This document shows, piece by piece, positions 62,998 to 64,000 of a DNA stretch of 64,000 nucleotides; positions within the stretch are counted from its first letter, which is position 1; each line of letters starts with the position of its first letter. The notes under the pieces are model-generated. The model was not told the origin of the DNA. It ran no database searches and saw nothing but the letters and a program-made list of their open reading frames with translations. Where the stretch lies: positions 2,294,001-2,358,000 of the forward strand of contig VRMN01000001.1 in the NCBI GenBank assembly GCA_008690995.1. Direction: 5' to 3'. Made by a program: the position numbers and the translations under genes. This stretch comes from Porphyridium purpureum (Eukaryota).

Positions 62998-63685
62998 CCT
63001 TCCACACGCCCACTCTCTCTGCTCCACTCTCCCACGCGCTCCACAATTTCCCCTTCCCTCCCCCCCTCTCAACACCACAACCCCATCACTGTACCCCCTG
63101 TCACTGCCACAGTACCCACAGAACACCCATGTGCGGTTCACCCTGTGATGTCGCATTTCATATCCATCTTCACGCGCCCCCCACCCTCTCCCAAAATTTG
63201 GCGGCTGGTTTTTGGAAGAGGATCGACCTGCTGCCACGAAGCGACTCACGTCACTAGTAAACTGCGCGATCTGTCTATATGGACGTTGTGACAACGTCAA
63301 GATTAAAAAAAATGCGCGCGTTTAAAAAATAAAAAAAGGAAAAAGCAACAGCAACAGCAACAGCAACGAAAATAACTAGGAGAAACAGCGACTGGTGCTA
63401 AGAACCATCCACAAAACCCAAACCGGTTCGCCAAAGCCGACCGAAAGAGGGACAGACTTTGAAATCACGGACCGAAAAACGCCAAGCCGCGCGCGGTTAA
63501 GGGCGATGGGGTTGAGGTGGTGCAACGCGGAGTTTGACGGAGTGAAGAGAAGGGAACGGTGGTGGGGTTTTTGAGAGGGGGGGAAGCACGAAGGCTTCGA
63601 TGGATTGAGCACGACTAAGAGCGCGCTGTGGAATAGGAGTGGTGAGGAGTGGGAGGGAGGCGTTGGGTGGGGTTGCTGGGATGAG

Positions 63686-64000
63686 ATGGAGGAGGCTATG
63701 GTGATGCGGAGTGCGGATGGGCATGCGGCCGCGGTGCAAGAGGAGCAAGGCAGCGAGCTGGCCGCAGATGAGTTGGAGTTGTTGGCGCCCGAGGTGTATC
63801 TGGAGCAAATGGAATTGAGCCCGGAAGATGATGACTGGCTCGAGCAGGAGTTTGAGGACAGACAAATGCACAAGCAGCACGCCGCGGCGAATCAGAATGC
63901 GCCGCATGGCGGCGACGTGCCGAGTAGGTACGACCGCTCGTTCATGTTCCAGCGCGAGATCATGAGGCGGTATCGGGAGGACGAGGACGGCGGCTTTTTC
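63686..64000 (+). CDS. Hypothetical protein, 3'-truncated by the window edge
   Basis: Open acidic frame MEEAMVMRSADG...REDEDGGF running to the end of the window, with strong GC3 bias. Confidence 0.6.
   Translation, partial: MEEAMVMRSADGHAAAVQEEQGSELAADELELLAPEVYLEQMELSPEDDDWLEQEFEDRQMHKQHAAANQNAPHGGDVPSRYDRSFMFQREIMRRYREDEDGGFF

Overview
This is gene-dense, intron-poor, GC-rich eukaryotic nuclear DNA. Many ORFs start with MAF(V)/MSGFV-type plastid transit peptides and only a few short GT-AG introns are visible. That points to a unicellular red alga, plausibly Porphyridium-like (inference from gene style only). About 28 genes are recognisable, including SF3B1, VPS2/CHMP2, a GT23 fucosyltransferase-like protein, a cyclin, a HAD-like protein, a TauD-like oxygenase, an F-box/ZZ protein, fungal-type ASD, a STAR KH protein, WD40, DHHC, an ABC1 kinase, PPD7, mTERF, fascin-like/LIM, MTRFR, VTE1, two HLIPs, gelsolin, a Ca-binding mitochondrial carrier and Sec15. 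There is also one complete Tc1 (DD34E) transposon with TIRs and a TA target-site duplication. Main highlights: (1) two tandem secreted proteins carrying what looks like a bacterial choice-of-anchor L domain fused to (Ser-Pro)n rods and Ser-rich repeat tails, near two actin regulators; (2) a head-to-head HLIP pair next to tocopherol cyclase, sharing a promoter with a duplicated 52-bp GTGGCT/TGACGT module; (3) an in-frame TGA that splits a hydrolase catalytic triad; (4) substitutions in SF3B1 at the K700, G742 and K1071 equivalents. All family assignments come from motif recognition by eye; no database searches were run.
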